A DNA stretch of 64,000 nucleotides. It comes from Hemiscyllium ocellatum. Its lineage: Eukaryota. The translations under genes and the position numbers were made by a program. The stretch lies in assembly GCF_020745735.1 (NCBI RefSeq), contig NC_083416.1:61839131-61903130 (forward strand), in the 5' to 3' direction. The notes below the pieces were generated by a model. It was not told where the DNA came from. It saw only the letters and a list, made by a program, of their open reading frames with translations, and did no database searches. Every line of letters starts with the position of its first letter. The stretch's first letter is position 1. This document shows positions 62,019 through 64,000 of the stretch, in pieces.

Positions 62019-64000
62019 AGTCATAGAGATGCACAGCATGGAAACAGACCCTTCAGTCCAACCCGTCCATGCCAACCAGATATCCCAACCCAATCTAGTC
62101 CCACCTGCCAGCACCCGGCCCATATCCCTCCAAACCCTTCCTATTCATATACCCATCCAAATGCCTCTTAAATGTTTTAATTGTACCAGCCTCCACCACA
62201 TCCTCTGGCAGCTCATTCCATACACGTACCACCCTCTGCGTGAAAAAGTTGTCCTTTAGGCCACTTTTATATCTTTCCCTTCTCACCCTAAACTTATGCC
62301 CTCTAGTTCTGGACTCGCTGACCTCAAGGGAAAGACTTTGTCTATTTTTCCTATCCATGCCCCTCATAATTTTGTAAACCTCTATAAAGTCACCCCTCAG
62401 CCTCCGACGCTCCAGGGAAAATAGCCCCAGCCTGTTCAGCCTCTCCCTGTAGCTCAGATCCTCCAATCTTGGCAACATCCTTGTAAATCTTTACTGAACC
62501 CTTTCAAGTTTCACAACATCTTTCCGATAGGAAGGAGACCAGAATTGCACGTAATATTCCAACAGTGGTCTAACCAATGTCATGTACAGCTGCAACATGA
62601 CCTCCCAACTCCTGTACTCAATACTCTGACCAATAAAGGAAAGCATACCAAACACCTTCTTCACTATCCTATCTACCTGCGACTCCACTTTCAAGGAGTT
62701 ATGAACAAGGTGTCTTTGTTCAGCAACACTCCCTAGGACTTTACCATTAAGTGTATAAGTCCTGCTAAGATTTGCTTTCCCAAAATGCAGCACCGCGCAT
62801 TTATTTGAATTAAACTCCATCTGCCACTTCTCAGCCCATTGGCCCATCTGGTCCAGATCCTGTTGTAATCTGAGGTAACCCTCTTCGCTGTCCACTACAC
62901 CTCCAATTTTGGTGTCATCTGCAAAGTAACTAACTGTACCTCTTCTGCTCTCATCCAAATCATTTATGTAAATGACAAAAAGTAGAGAGCCCAGTACTGA
63001 TACTTGTGGCACTCCACTGGTCACAGGCCTCCAGTCTGAAAAACAACCCTCCACCACCACCCTCTGTCTTCTACCTTTGAGCCCGTCCTGTACCCAAATA
63101 GCTAGTTCTCCCAGTATTCCATGAGATCTAACCTTGCTAAACAATCTCCCATGGGGAACCTAGTCAAACTTACTGAAGTCCATATAAATCACATCTACTG
63201 CTCTGCCCTCATCAATCCTCTTTGTTACTTCTTCAAAAAACTCAATCAAGTTTGTGAGACATGATTTCCCACACACAAAGCCATGTTGACGATCCCTAAA
63301 CAATACTTGCCTTTCCAAATACATGTACATCCTATCCCTCAGGACTCCCTCCAACAACTTGCCCATCACTGAGGTCAGGCTCACTGGTCTATAGTTCCCT
63401 GGCTTGTCTTTACCGCCCTTCTTAAACAGTGGCACCACGTTTGCCAACCTCCAGTTTTCTGGCACCTCACCTGTGACGATCGATGATACAAATATCTCAG
63501 CAAGAGGCCCAGCAATCACTTCTCTAGCTTCACACACAGTTCTTGGGTGCACCTGATCAGGTCCTGGGGATTTATCCACTTTTAACCGTTTCAAGACATC
63601 CAGCACTTCCTCCTCTGTAATCTGTATATTTTGCAAGATGTCACCATCTATTTCCCTACAGTCTATATCTTCCATTTCCTTTTTGCACAGTAAATACTGA
63701 TGCAAAATATTCACTTAGTTTCTCCCCCATTTTCTGTGGCTCCACACAAAGGCCGCCTTGCTGATCTTTGAGGGGCCCCATTCTCTCCCTAGTTACCCTT
63801 TTGTCCTTAATGTATTTGTAAAAACTCTTTGGATTCTCCTTAATTCTATTTGCCAAAGCTATCTCATGTCCTCATTTTGCCCTCCTGATTTCCCTCTTAA
63901 GTATACTCCTACTTTCTTTATACTCTTCTAAGGATTCACTCGATCTATCCTGTCTATACCTGACATATGCTTCCTTCTCTTTCTTAACAAAACCCTCAAT
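62019..64000 (-). mobile_element. CR1 LINE ORF2 (RT and C-terminus), frameshifted, continuing past the window end
   Basis: KSPGPD, PGNYRPVSLTS, DVIYMDFSK, SGVPQ, FADDTK, LEYYVQFWSP and RRRLRGD across consecutive ORFs. Confidence 0.93.

Overview
Vertebrate genomic DNA, most likely from a shark, judged from HE1-like tRNA SINEs, HER1/CR1 LINEs and abundant Penelope-like elements. Two intact protein-coding genes lie on the + strand. GDF9 has two coding exons (40132-40471, 40834-41696; 400 aa). UQCRQ has a probable non-coding exon 1 in a CpG island near 47.5 kb and coding exons 55709-55862 and 58299-58393 (82 aa). A CpG-enriched patch at 8.1-8.6 kb may be the 5' end of a minus-strand gene leaving the window; SHROOM1 is expected there from human synteny, but no coding evidence is seen. 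The rest is mostly transposon-derived: CR1, Penelope (some with hammerhead ribozyme cores), SINEs, solo LTRs, and Tx1/RTE fragments. The most notable object is a young full-length L1 (49076-54900, minus strand, 9-bp TSD) in UQCRQ intron 1. Its ORF2 is broken by one in-frame TAG. ORF2 is also bracketed by three nested, G-U-compatible complementary blocks that could pair the region before its start codon with the 3' UTR across about 3.8 kb. Also seen: a ~1.6-kb inversion inferred from broken TE junctions, TSD-flanked fold-back hammerhead mini-elements beside the UQCRQ promoter, an inverted templated insertion and a 21-bp micro-inversion. Boundaries of old repeats are approximate and no database searches were run.
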